The notes under the pieces: model-generated
Seen by the model: only the letters and a program-made list of their open reading frames with translations
Database searches by the model: none
Told to the model about the DNA's origin: nothing
NCBI GenBank assembly: GCA_963817385.1
Contig: CAWFOM010000008.1
Span: forward strand, 128,001 to 192,000
From: an uncultured delta proteobacterium
GTDB taxonomy: Bacteria > Desulfobacterota > Syntrophia > Syntrophales > UBA5619
Direction: 5' to 3'
Length of the DNA: 64,000 nt
Program-made: the position numbers and the translations under genes
Shown: piece after piece, positions 1 to 9,817 of the stretch
Layout of the letters: every line of letters starts with the position of its first letter
How positions within the stretch are numbered: position 1 is the first letter of the stretch

Positions 1-903
1 GCGGACCAGGCTCCCCGCAACCGGATACTGGTCGGCACCGGCATACGCCGCTGTCGCGGAAACGGTCGGCCAGAAGGCGCCCTCGGCATATTTGATCTGA
101 TCGGCGGCGATCTGCTTCTGAACCTCCAGGCTTTTGAGGTCAGCCCGCAGTGCAAACGCCCGTTCCTGAAACACGTTCAGCGCCGGAACATCGCCCTCCG
201 CCGCCGCCCCCTCCTTGATGGTGAACTCTTCCTTGATGCCGACGTTCCTCGCCAGGACGGCCATGGCCAGTTCCAGAGAGTTCTGGGCCTGAAGACGGTC
301 CGACTTCGCCCCGGACAGCTCCCCCTCCGCGCGCAGGAGGGCTGTTTTGGTCACCTCGCCGATCCTGAGCCTTTTTTCAGCCGCCTCTCGGTATTTACTG
401 AGACGCTCCAGGTTGGAATCGGCAATTTCCAGGACCTTTCGGGCCGTCAGGACGTTATAGTAGGCGGAGGCCACAAACCTCAGGAGATAGTCTTCACGGA
501 CGGCGGTGACATCATAGGTGCTTTTTGTCACGAACTGCTTGGAGATCCCGAGCGCCGTCAGTTCACGGCCGCTCAGGGATACGGACTGGTCGATCTGGAC
601 CCCCCATGATGAACCGTATTCCGGTTGGGTGAGGCTTCCCGCGGAGTTGAATTTCTTTTCCGAATACTGGGTGATGCCGCCGGTGGCCGTCACACGGGGC
701 AGCAGGAAAGAGAACGCCTTATCCTTTCCTATCTCGGAGATGACGAGGTTCTCTTCGGCCACCTTGAGTATTTCCGAACGGGCCAGGGCTATCCGGTAGA
801 GATCGTCAAGGGCATATTCCTCGGCGAAAATTACGGCCGGCACCGCCGTAAAAAAAAGGAGCGCCACAAGGCTGCCAGCCGCCATACGATATATCTTCTT
901 CAT
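1..903 (-). CDS. TolC-family outer membrane efflux protein (3' end runs off window)
   Basis: Hand translation from ATG 903: MKKIYRMAAGSLVALLFFTAVPAVIFAEEYALDDLYRIALARSE, signal peptide plus TolC-type helices; ATGA overlap with the upstream TolC stop; absent from ORF track because it is open-ended. Confidence 0.8.
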   Translation of the reverse strand, partial: MKKIYRMAAGSLVALLFFTAVPAVIFAEEYALDDLYRIALARSEILKVAEENLVISEIGKDKAFSFLLPRVTATGGITQYSEKKFNSAGSLTQPEYGSSWGVQIDQSVSLSGRELTALGISKQFVTKSTYDVTAVREDYLLRFVASAYYNVLTARKVLEIADSNLERLSKYREAAEKRLRIGEVTKTALLRAEGELSGAKSDRLQAQNSLELAMAVLARNVGIKEEFTIKEGAAAEGDVPALNVFQERAFALRADLKSLEVQKQIAADQIKYAEGAFWPTVSATAAYAGADQYPVAGSLVR

Positions 904-2279
904 TTCCGCTCCTTATCAAAATATTCGGTTGTACCGACCCCCATCGCCCTCTCCAGCCTGGCGCGGCTGATGTTGAAGTCGCCGAGTGCGTTGTGCCGGT
1001 CCGATCTGGCCTTCGTGAGAAGAGTCTGGGCGTCGATCACCTCGGTTGAAGTTCCCACCTGCTCCCGGTACCGTTCGGTGTTGATCCGGAAGTTCTCCTC
1101 GGCCTGCTCGATCGCCTTGGCCGCCACCTGGATCTGTTTTTCCGCCTCATGGAGGAGGAGAAAAGCATTCTTCACCTCGAGGGTTATCTGATCCCGGACG
1201 TTGGCGAGGAAGTCCGCAGCCTGATTTTCTCGACTCTGTCCGAACTCCACGCGGTTTTTCGTCTTCCCCCACTCCCAGAGATTCCAGTTCGCGACCGCCA
1301 TGACGTACCAGCTCTCCTGATCCTTGAAAGGGCTGCCGGCGACGCCCGGCGTATCGCCGTATTTCGCGTAGTTCCCCACGAGGTTGACGCTGGGATAATA
1401 TTCGCTCTGTGACACTTTGATCTGACTTCTGGCCTGCTCCTTCCGGAGGGCAAAGGAACGGATCTCCGACCGGTTGTCCAGGGCCGCGGCGACGCAGGCG
1501 TCAAAGGTCTTCTCATAGGGACGGTCGTTCAGGATATCCTCGATCTCGACCGGGGTGTTGATCTCGCGCCTCAGAACCGTGTTAAACTTCGATCGGGCAA
1601 GTTCCAGGCCGTTTTCGGACCGGAGGAGAGACTGCCTGCCGTTGGCGAGCTCCACCTCGGCCTGGAGGAGGTCGTTTCTGGGTATCAACCCCTGGCCGTA
1701 GAAGCTCTGCGCGGTATCGCGGTGCGCCTGCAACTGTTCGAGCGATTGCCTTGCCACGGCCAGGATCCGCCCGGCCTTCAGGATGTTGAAATAGGCGACC
1801 TTCACCTCCAGGACGAGGTCCTGCACCGTGGAAACCTCGTCAAGGCGGGCGATATCCGTGGCGATGCGGCTCGCCTCGTAGTTCGCCAGAATCGCCCCCC
1901 CGGCAAAGAGCGGCTGACGCGCCTCGAGAATCCAGTTGTAGTTGTCTTTCGTCCCCACGGTCAGGTTGGCAGGCGGGATCACGGGCGGGATGCCGGGAAA
2001 AGCCAGATAGGGGTCCCGGTTGTAGCGGGTGTAGCTGTAGGAGGTGCTTAACTTCGGGAGGAACCCGGTGAAGGCCTCCTTCTGCTGCGCCTCGGCCCCC
2101 CGGACTCCTTCCCGTGCCGCGTGGATGAGGACGCTCGACTTAAGGGCCAGGTCGATACTCTCGTTGAGCGACAGGGGATTGACCCCGCCCGCGGCGGACA
2201 ACGGCGTCGCCAGCGCGCCGATCAAAAGGTTGGCCAGAAGGATGATCGTTCCGTGGAAAAATGATTTCTTAAGGGGCAT
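900..2279 (-). CDS. TolC-family outer membrane efflux protein
   Basis: Signal peptide, LSLNESIDLALKS, EVKVAYFNIL, RYREQVGTSTEVIDAQ motifs; start at MPLKKS overlapping the TetR end. Confidence 0.9.
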   Translation of the reverse strand: MPLKKSFFHGTIILLANLLIGALATPLSAAGGVNPLSLNESIDLALKSSVLIHAAREGVRGAEAQQKEAFTGFLPKLSTSYSYTRYNRDPYLAFPGIPPVIPPANLTVGTKDNYNWILEARQPLFAGGAILANYEASRIATDIARLDEVSTVQDLVLEVKVAYFNILKAGRILAVARQSLEQLQAHRDTAQSFYGQGLIPRNDLLQAEVELANGRQSLLRSENGLELARSKFNTVLRREINTPVEIEDILNDRPYEKTFDACVAAALDNRSEIRSFALRKEQARSQIKVSQSEYYPSVNLVGNYAKYGDTPGVAGSPFKDQESWYVMAVANWNLWEWGKTKNRVEFGQSRENQAADFLANVRDQITLEVKNAFLLLHEAEKQIQVAAKAIEQAEENFRINTERYREQVGTSTEVIDAQTLLTKARSDRHNALGDFNISRARLERAMGVGTTEYFDKERK

Positions 2280-2889
2280 CTTTCCTGACCCCTTCCAGAA
2301 AAATATCGAGGACAAAGGGAACCTTGCTTTTGAGAGATCCCTCCTCCGCCACGGCAAGCCATTTGGAGGCATAGGAACTGACGATCCCCGTCAGAGCAGC
2401 GGCCATCATCGGCGGATCCATCTTCTTGAGGATGCCCGTGCGGATTCCGTCGCGCATCACCTCTTCGATGAAGGAGACATAGAGGGCGTAATCGCTCCGT
2501 ATCCTCTCGCGGAGCTCCGCGCTCCCCTCTGAGAGCGACAGATAATCGCCCCGGACGAAGATGCTACAGAATTCGGCATTATCTTCTATATACTGGAAGT
2601 GGGATGTAACCAGGAGTTCGATTTTCTTGATGATATCCGCCTCCTCCTCCACTACTTTCCGGATACCGGCGTACATCATCCCCAGGTTTTCGGTGAGCAT
2701 CGCCGTGTAGAGCTGTTCCTTGCCGTCGAAGAACTGATAGAGGGTGCCGATGGCGAACCCCGAGGCGGCGGCGATTTCCGCGACCGTGGCAGTATAGAAC
2801 CCCTTGGCGGCAAAGACTTTCACCGCTGCGTCGAGGATCTCCGTCCGTCGCAGATTGAATTCCCGCTCCTTGCGCTTTTCCTTTTCCAT
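2269..2889 (-). CDS. TetR/AcrR-family transcriptional regulator
   Basis: N-terminal HTH ILDAAVKVFAAKGFYTATVAEIAAASGFAIGTLYQFF. Confidence 0.93.
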   Translation of the reverse strand: MEKEKRKEREFNLRRTEILDAAVKVFAAKGFYTATVAEIAAASGFAIGTLYQFFDGKEQLYTAMLTENLGMMYAGIRKVVEEEADIIKKIELLVTSHFQYIEDNAEFCSIFVRGDYLSLSEGSAELRERIRSDYALYVSFIEEVMRDGIRTGILKKMDPPMMAAALTGIVSSYASKWLAVAEEGSLKSKVPFVLDIFLEGVRKDAP

Positions 2890-2912
2890 TACCGATCCCG
2901 GCTTGATATAAT

Positions 2913-2973
2913 TGAAGAGCCGTTCATTTTATGAACGGCGGTTCACCATGCTTGCAAAATACCTTTTTGTCAA
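2913..2973 (-). promoter_or_regulatory. sigma70 promoter of tetR-tolC with tandem palindromic operators
   Basis: TTGACA(2973-2968)-17 nt-CATGGT(2950-2945); TGAAC-N4-GTTCA at 2932-2945 and a near copy at 2913-2926. Confidence 0.6.
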
Positions 2974-3083
2974 GAAAAAAATGTGTCATGACCTCTCCGC
3001 TCGGCAACATTTGTTTATGAGGCGACAGGATGGAATCACCGCATGCGGTGGAGGTGTTCACCGGGTAACCTGCTGCCCCGCTG

Positions 3084-3950
3084 TTAGATCAGGTTCTTCT
3101 GCTTCAGCAGCGGCACCGGGTCGACCATGAGCTTGCCGAGGGCGACATCGGTTGCACTCGCCCCCAGGGCGATGCCCATGAGCTGGGTGAGGTATATGAC
3201 GGGGAGATTGTAGGGTTGGCCGCCGCCGTCCTTCAGCTCCCCCTGTCGTATGTCAAGGTTCGTCTGGCAGAGCGGGCAGACAACGGCGATGCAGTCGGCC
3301 CCCGCACGCCGCGCGCTGTCGAGGAGGTCTTTGAGGAGCCTCTTGGTGATGTCGGATCGCGTTATGGAGAGGCTCGCCCCGCAGCAGTCGGCCTTGTGGG
3401 TCCACTCAACTGCCTCGGCGCCGACGGCCTCGATAAGCCGGTCCATGACCACGGGCCGCTCATTGTCGTCGATGTTGATCGAGTGAAACCGCATGAGGCA
3501 ACCGTAGTAGGGGGCGATCTTCAGATCTCTCAGAGGTTTAGTTACGCGGCCCGCGAGGGTGTCGAAGGTTATTCTGTCTCTGAGGAAGTCGAGGAGGTGG
3601 TACATGGTGATCCGACCCTCGTAACGGTAGCCCGAAGCTTCGATGAGGCGCTCCTTCACGACCCCATCCGTCCGGTACCGCTCTTCCGTATCTTTCAGGC
3701 TGGTGAGGCAGGAGGGGCACGGGATGAGGACCTCCGTTATGTTCTGGGCCTCCATCTTCCTGATGTTCTCATACGGCAGCAGATAGGTCAGATCGTCCGA
3801 CAAGGCATGGGCGGGGCTCGCGCCGCAGCAGTTCCAGTCTTCTATCTCCACGAGCCGTATGTCGAGAAGTTCGCACACCTTCCTTACGGAGAGGTCGAAC
3901 TCCTTCGATGCCCCTTCAAGTGAACAGCCGGGAAAGTATCCTATCTCCAT
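3084..3950 (-). CDS. hdrB: heterodisulfide reductase subunit B
   Basis: YFPGCSL, two CCG domains (WNCCGA..PCPSC; YYGC..CCGA..CPLCQ.NLD). Confidence 0.93.
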   Translation of the reverse strand: MEIGYFPGCSLEGASKEFDLSVRKVCELLDIRLVEIEDWNCCGASPAHALSDDLTYLLPYENIRKMEAQNITEVLIPCPSCLTSLKDTEERYRTDGVVKERLIEASGYRYEGRITMYHLLDFLRDRITFDTLAGRVTKPLRDLKIAPYYGCLMRFHSINIDDNERPVVMDRLIEAVGAEAVEWTHKADCCGASLSITRSDITKRLLKDLLDSARRAGADCIAVVCPLCQTNLDIRQGELKDGGGQPYNLPVIYLTQLMGIALGASATDVALGKLMVDPVPLLKQKNLI

Positions 3951-3957
3951 ATCCGAT

Positions 3958-4512
3958 CTACCCTTTTATAAATCTTTTGCTTGTTGCAAACAGATGCCTT
4001 AACCCCTCCAGCCCCCTGATCCTGTGGGGCAGCAGGCTGATCTTGCCCTTGTGCAGGATCCGCGGCAGAAGGCCGATGTCCTTGAACGGATTTATCGTGA
4101 GGGCATTGTACCGGATCACAAGGCCGAGCTCGTGCACCCTTCCCGATCTCTTTATGGAGTCGACAAAGAGCCTGTTGAAGAGGTGGATCCGCCCCTCTTT
4201 GGGCCGGTATCCCCTCTCGATGCAGAGTTTCCTTGACTGGTTCATGACCCGGGCAACGTCGATCCCTTCGGGACAGCGGACCGAACAGGTCGTGCAGGAG
4301 GCGCAAATCCAGATCGAGGAGGCGCGGAGCGCTTTTTCTTCGTGGTTGAGCTGGAGGTAGCGGATCACCTGGTTGGGCATGACGTCCATGTCGGGTGCAA
4401 TGGGACAGCCCGCCGTACACTTGCCGCACTGGATGCATCGGGAGATATCCTCGCCGCTCAGGCTTCGCATCTCGTTTTTCAGGTCATGAACGCGTTCATC
4501 AACCTGCAACAT
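3958..4512 (-). CDS. hdrC: heterodisulfide reductase subunit C
   Basis: CIQCGKCTAGCP and IWICASCTTCSVRCP 2x[4Fe-4S] motifs; start at MLQVDE. Confidence 0.92.
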   Translation of the reverse strand: MLQVDERVHDLKNEMRSLSGEDISRCIQCGKCTAGCPIAPDMDVMPNQVIRYLQLNHEEKALRASSIWICASCTTCSVRCPEGIDVARVMNQSRKLCIERGYRPKEGRIHLFNRLFVDSIKRSGRVHELGLVIRYNALTINPFKDIGLLPRILHKGKISLLPHRIRGLEGLRHLFATSKRFIKG

Positions 4513-6490
4513 GCTCTTCATCCTCCTCGTCGTCACCCGCGAGGGCGGCCGTAATCTGGGCGTAGATCGATTCATCGGTAAAGCCCTTCACATCGACGGC
4601 GCCCGGTTTGCATGCGGAAACGCAGTTCCCGCACCCCTGGCAGAGCGTCTTGATCACCTTGGCTACCGCTTTTCCTGCATGGGTATCCTTCTGGATCGCA
4701 TCGAAGGGACAGACGTCGATGCAGTTGAAGCAGCCGGTGCACTTCTCCGCATCCACGTCCGCAAGCTTCGGCTCCAGGGTAAGCTCATCCGCGGCGAAGA
4801 GGGAACAGGTCTTGGCGGCCGCCGCCGAAGCCATCATCACCGAATCGGGGATATCCTTGGGAAAGGTGCAGGCCCCCGCGATGAATATCCCCTTCGTGAG
4901 ACTCTCGACCGGTTGCAGTTTCGGATGGACTTCCGTGTAGAAACCGTAATTGTCGTAGGGGATGTTGAGCATCTTGCCCAACTCCTTTGCGTCGGGATTC
5001 GCCACCATGGCCGTGGCGAGGACCACCAGATCCGCCTCGATCTTCACCGGCTCGCCCACGAGCGTATCCGCCCCGTAGACCACAAGCCGGTCGCCAAGGT
5101 TATCGATGCGGGAGACCCTGCCCCGGATATAGACCACACCGTATTCCCGCTGGGCTCTCCGGATGAACTCCTCGTAGTTCTTGCCCGTCGCCCGGATGTC
5201 GATGTAGAAGACGTAGGACTGGGTCTCGGGGAAATGGTCCTTCAGGAGGATCGCCTGTTTGGCCGTGTACATGCAGCAGACCTTCGAGCAATAGGCCATC
5301 CCCTTTGTCTCATCCCTCGATCCCACGCACTGGACAAAGACGATGTTTTTCGCCTCCCTCCCGTCGGAGGGGCGGACGACGTGGCCCCCCGTGGGTCCGT
5401 TGGGGTCGAGCATCCTCTCGAGCTGCAACCCGGTAATGACGTCCTTGTGGGCCCCCGCACCATACTCCCCGTAGGGTGCGATATCAAAGAGGGAGAAGCC
5501 GGTGGCCACGACGATGGCGCCGAATTTCTCCGTCCGGAGAGTCTCCTGCTGTTCATAATCGATGGCGCCGGCAGGACAGACCTTCTCGCACACCCTGCAC
5601 TTCCCCTTCTGGAAGTAGATACAGTGCTCCCTGTCGATGACGGGGACATTGGGGACCGCCTGGGAAAAGGGTTTGTAGATGGCCCGCCGCGTCCCGAGAC
5701 CCAGGGCCGTTTCGCTCGGCACCTTGGAGGGACATTTCGTCATGCATTCTCCGCAGCCCGTGCACTTGGCCATGTCGACGGAACGGGGCCTGCTTTTGAT
5801 GGTGACATCGAAGTTTCCCACGAAGCCCTTTACGTTCGTCACCTCGGAGCAGGTGAGAAGTTCGATCTTTTCATGATGGGATGACTCCGTCATCCGCGGG
5901 GTGAGTATTCAAGCCGAACAGTCGAGGGTGGGAAACGTCTTCTCCAGGAGGGCCATGGTGCCGCCGATCGAGGGGCTCTTCTCCACGACCGTTACCCCGT
6001 ATCCGGCATTGCCGATATCGAGGGCGGCCTGCATGCCCGCGATACCGCCGCCGATCACGAGGACCCGCTTTTCCACCGGGAATTTGAGCGGCTCCAGGGC
6101 GGAAAGCCTTGCCGCCTTCGCTACGCCCATCTTCACCAGTTTGATCGCTTTTTCCGTCGATACGGCGTTTTCCGGGTGGACCCAGGAGCACTGCTCCCGG
6201 ATATTTACCATCTCGAACAGATAGGGATTGAGACCCGCGCCGGCTATGCATTTCTGGAAGGTACCCTCGTGCATGCGCGGCGTGCACGCCGCAAGGACGA
6301 CCCGGTCGAGTCCGTGCTTCGCGATCGCATCCTTGATCGCGTTCTGACCGAGGTCGGAGCAGCTATACTGCAGGGTCTCCGCATGGACGACGCCGGGAAG
6401 GTCCCTGGCCGCCTCCACGACCCGCTCCACGTCGATGACGGAGGCGATATTCTTTCCACACTGACAGACAAATACCCCGATCCTTGCCAT
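4499..6490 (-). CDS. hdrA: heterodisulfide reductase subunit A, selenoprotein (UGA at 5911-5909), 663 aa
   Basis: ORFs 5909-6490 and 4499-5893 are in frame across one TGA: KTFPTLDCSA-U-ILTPRM; GGGIAG FAD motif, inserted and C-terminal ferredoxins, CSKVCCMY; SECIS-like hairpin follows. Confidence 0.93.
5879..5895 (-). promoter_or_regulatory. bacterial SECIS-like hairpin of hdrA
   Basis: GGATGAC-GGA-GTCATCC, perfect 7-bp stem starting 13 nt after the UGA. Confidence 0.75.
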
Positions 6491-6495
6491 ATTCC

Positions 6496-8535
6496 CTACG
6501 CCGCCTTTTGTATTCTAACCGCACAGACCTTGTATTCCGGTATCTTGACGATGGGGTCGAGGGCCGGGTTGGTGAGCACGTTGGCCGCCGCCTCGGCAAA
6601 ATGGAAGGGAACGAAGACGGACCCCTTCGGGACGATCTTCGTCACCCTCGCCTCGGCCTCGATTGCCCCCCTGCGGGACTCTATCCTCGCCATATCCCCG
6701 TTCTTTATGCCCATTTTCCGCGCGTCATCCGGATTGATCTGGACGTAGCACCGGTTTATCTGGTTCGTCAGCCGCTTCGAGCGGCGCGTCATCGTCCCCG
6801 TATGGTAGTGGAAGGCGTCCCTGCCCGTCATGAGGATGAGCGGATATTCCTCATCGGGAACCTCCGCGGGCGCCTTGAAGGGGATGGGTTTCAGCGCGCC
6901 GAGCCCTCGTGAAAAGGTTCCTTTGTGGAGAAAGCCGGTCCCCGGATCCTCCTTCGTGCGGCACGGCCACTGGATCCCGTTCTCGCGGATGCGCTCATAG
7001 TCGAGGCCCGCGTAGAGCGGCACCAGAGACGCAATCTCGTCGAAGACCTCCTTCGGCGAGGCATAATCGAATCCGGCCGCGCCGAGGGCCTTCGCCACAT
7101 CGCAGATGATTTGCCAGTCGGGGCGCGAATCGCCGAGGGGTTCCACGGCCTTCCGAATCCTCTGGACGCGCCTGTCCGTCGAGACGAACGTCCCATCCTT
7201 CTCGGCGAAGGTCACCCCCGGCAGCACCACGTGGGCAAGCTCCGTGGTCTCCGTGGGGAAGATGTCCTGAACGACCAGGAGTTCCAGCTTCTCCAGCGCG
7301 TGCTTCACGTGGCTTACGTCGGGATCGCTCACAAGCGGGTTTTCACCCATGATGTAAAGGGCCTTCATCTTTCCGGCGTCACTGGCGTCAATCATCTCCA
7401 TCAGGGTAAGGCCGGCTTTCCGCGGAAGGGTTACCCCCCAGGCCTTCTCGAATTTCGCGACGGCCGCATCATCGGTCACCGGTTGATACCCGGGCAACGC
7501 CGCCGGGATTGCCCCCATATCCGTGGAACCCTGCACGTTGTTCTGCCCCCGCAAGGGGTTTACACCGGAGGAGCGCTTCCCGATCTGGCCCGTGACCATC
7601 GCCAGATCGGCGAGGGCGAGCACGTTGTCGACGCCGACCGTGTGCTGGGTGATCCCCATGCAGTAGATGATCGAGCTCGCCTTCGTCTTCGCATACATCT
7701 CGGCCGCTTTCCTCAGCTGCTCCTCGGGCACACCGGAGATTTCCTGAACCCGCTTGGGCGTATACTCCTCGACGAAGGCCTTCAGCGCCTCGAAGCCCTC
7801 GGTCCGGGTCCGGACAAATTCCTCGTCGAACCAGCCCTCCTTGATGATGATATGGAGGAGCCCATTGATTACCGCTACGTCCGTGCCGGGTTTCTCGGCG
7901 AGATAGAGATCCGCGAACCGGGCAATGTGGGTCTTCCTCGGATCGATGACGATGATCTTCGCGCCCTTTTCCTTTGCCGTAAAAATCCTCCACGCCACGA
8001 GCGGATGGGCCGTGGTCGTGTTGGAACCGATGATCAGGATGGTCTCGGCATCCTCGATCTCCTCCACGGCGTTCGTCATGGCGCCGCTTCCGAAAGCTGT
8101 GGCAAGACCTGCCACGGTGGAGGAGTGTCAGAGCCGGGCGCAGTGGTCCACATTGTTCGTCCCGATGACGGCCCTTACCAGCTTCTGGAAGAGGTAGTTC
8201 TCTTCGGTGGTGCACTTTGCGGAGCTGAGGGCGCCGATCGCATCCGGCCCGTGGGCCTCGCGGATGGCCTTCAATCGGGCGGCGATGAAGTTCAACGCCT
8301 CTTCCCACTCCACCTCCTGCAACCGGCCCTCTTTTCTGAGGAGCGGCTTTTTCAACCGGTCTTTGCTGTAGATGAACTCGTGGGCGGACCATCCCTTTAT
8401 GCAGAGCTTTCCCCGGCTCAGGGGATTGGTCTTGCAGGGCAGCACCCCTTCGATCCTGCCGTCGAGCACCTCCAGCAGCATGCCGCATCCGGCGCCGCAG
8501 AAGGGACAGAGGGTATAGACACTCTTGTATTCCAT
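6496..8535 (-). CDS. fdhA: formate dehydrogenase alpha subunit (Mo/W-bisPGD), selenoprotein (UGA at 8130-8128), 679 aa
   Basis: CPFCGAGC..C [4Fe-4S] motif; [18 protein letters not shown] active site read through an in-frame [13 protein letters not shown]. Confidence 0.95.
8099..8115 (-). promoter_or_regulatory. bacterial SECIS of fdhA
   Basis: GTGGCA-GGTCT-TGCCAC hairpin 12 nt after the UGA, resembling the E. coli fdhF SECIS loop. Confidence 0.85.
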
Positions 8536-8545
8536 CGTCACTCCG

Positions 8546-9352
8546 TTATCCGGAACCTTCCGCCTCGAACTTTCCATCGCCCAGGAGCTGCAGGGGCCCC
8601 TTCCCTTCCGCTACCGTCCCCGGCAGAAAATCGAACTTGTCCCCCATGATCTCCCGGACCTTCCTGCAGAGCTTTCTCAGGGGGATGTTCGCGGGACAGA
8701 CCTCCTCGCAGAGACCGCAGTCGATGCATCGCTCCGCCATATGGAACGCCTTGATCAGATGAAAGATAGGGATCTCCGGAGGCACAAATCCCGCCTGAAC
8801 GAGCTCCGTATCGTCGAGGGCGCAGGAATCGCAAAAACAGACCGGGCAGATATTCCGGCACCCGTAACACTTGACGCATTTGGAGAATTGGCCCAGCCAG
8901 AATCGCAGCTTCTCCTCTTCGCTCAATCCCTCCAGCTCCGCCATCGCTTCGGTATCCGGCACGGGGGCGGTCTTCTCGCCCTCCACCACCTCATTGGGAT
9001 AGGGTTGGGGGCACTTGCAGGCCTCCGCCATCTTGGCGTCGCACGGAACGCCGAAGAGAACGATCTGTTCTTTCTTCAACTGCTCGTTCCGGATAAGCTC
9101 GATCACCGCCCGTTCATCGCAGCCCCTGACCACGATGCCGAGGGTCGCCTCGGGATGCTTTCTCGCGATCGTCAGGAGCACCTGCGCCACGGGATACCGG
9201 TTCTCGTCGATGACGAGTTTCTCCACGTCGTCGATGTTCTCCTTCGTGAAGAGGGCCGGCCTCGGATGCCCTTCCTCGCGCATGATGCCGACGACGCCCG
9301 CGACCTTTCCCTGCTCCAGGCTCTCTCTGATCAGCTCCTTCAGCCTATCCAC
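8546..9352 (-). CDS. FdhB/FrhB-like iron-sulfur subunit
   Basis: IVVRGCDERA..LFGVPC FrhB-like segment; CVKCYGCRNICPVCFC..C and CIDCGLCEEVCP. Confidence 0.8.
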   Translation of the reverse strand: MDRLKELIRESLEQGKVAGVVGIMREEGHPRPALFTKENIDDVEKLVIDENRYPVAQVLLTIARKHPEATLGIVVRGCDERAVIELIRNEQLKKEQIVLFGVPCDAKMAEACKCPQPYPNEVVEGEKTAPVPDTEAMAELEGLSEEEKLRFWLGQFSKCVKCYGCRNICPVCFCDSCALDDTELVQAGFVPPEIPIFHLIKAFHMAERCIDCGLCEEVCPANIPLRKLCRKVREIMGDKFDFLPGTVAEGKGPLQLLGDGKFEAEGSG

Positions 9353-9782
9353 GGGCAGCCTCTCTTTTCAGGGGGGACGGCCCCAGGCCTCTCACCTGCT
9401 CGGTAAAGCTCGTGAAGACCCGGGAGAGCTTATCGCTTTCGGAGGTCGCGATGTACTCGAGTCTCAGCCTGTCCGCTCCGATACCCATGAACTTGAGCAT
9501 CTCCTTGAGTACCGCGACCCTTTTCGCCGTGAGATAATTGCCCTTTGAATAGTGGCATTCGCCCAGATGGCAGGCCGCGATAAGCACCCCGTCAGCGCCC
9601 TTCTGAAAGGCCTTCATGATGAAATGGGGCGAAACCCTCCCGCTGCACATGGTCCGAATGACCAGAACATTCGCCGGATACTTCCGTCTCAGCGAACCGC
9701 TGAGATCCGCGGCGGCGTAGCTTCACCAGTGGCAACAGAAGGCGATTATCGTGGGTTCAGCGGTACGGAGTTGGGTTTGCAT
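9345..9782 (-). CDS. mvhD: MvhD [2Fe-2S] subunit, selenoprotein (UGA at 9725-9723), 145 aa
   Basis: Hand translation MQTQLRTAEPTIIAFCCHW-U-SYAAADLSG...IRTMCSGRV...GADGVLIAACHLGECHY; in frame with ORF 9345-9650. Confidence 0.92.
9687..9705 (-). promoter_or_regulatory. bacterial SECIS-like hairpin of mvhD
   Basis: TCTCAGCG-GTT-CGCTGAGA, perfect 8-bp stem starting 17 nt after the UGA. Confidence 0.72.
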
Positions 9783-9788
9783 GGGGTG

Positions 9789-9817
9789 AAGGTACGGAAA
9801 GCGGTCGTGGATGTCAA
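9789..9817 (-). promoter_or_regulatory. sigma70 promoter of mvhD-fdh-hdr operon (leaderless geometry)
   Basis: TTGACA(9817-9812)-17 nt-TACCTT(9794-9789)-6 nt-ATG; no Shine-Dalgarno. Confidence 0.7.

Noticed and set aside
4511..8649. Long + strand ORFs (457 aa, 574 aa) and similar antisense ORFs elsewhere
   Set aside because: Shadow frames of GC-rich genes with no recognisable motifs
4499..9782. hdrA, fdhA and mvhD as nonsense pseudogenes
   Set aside because: Each stop is TGA at a conserved Cys/Sec position with a downstream hairpin, and the frame continues
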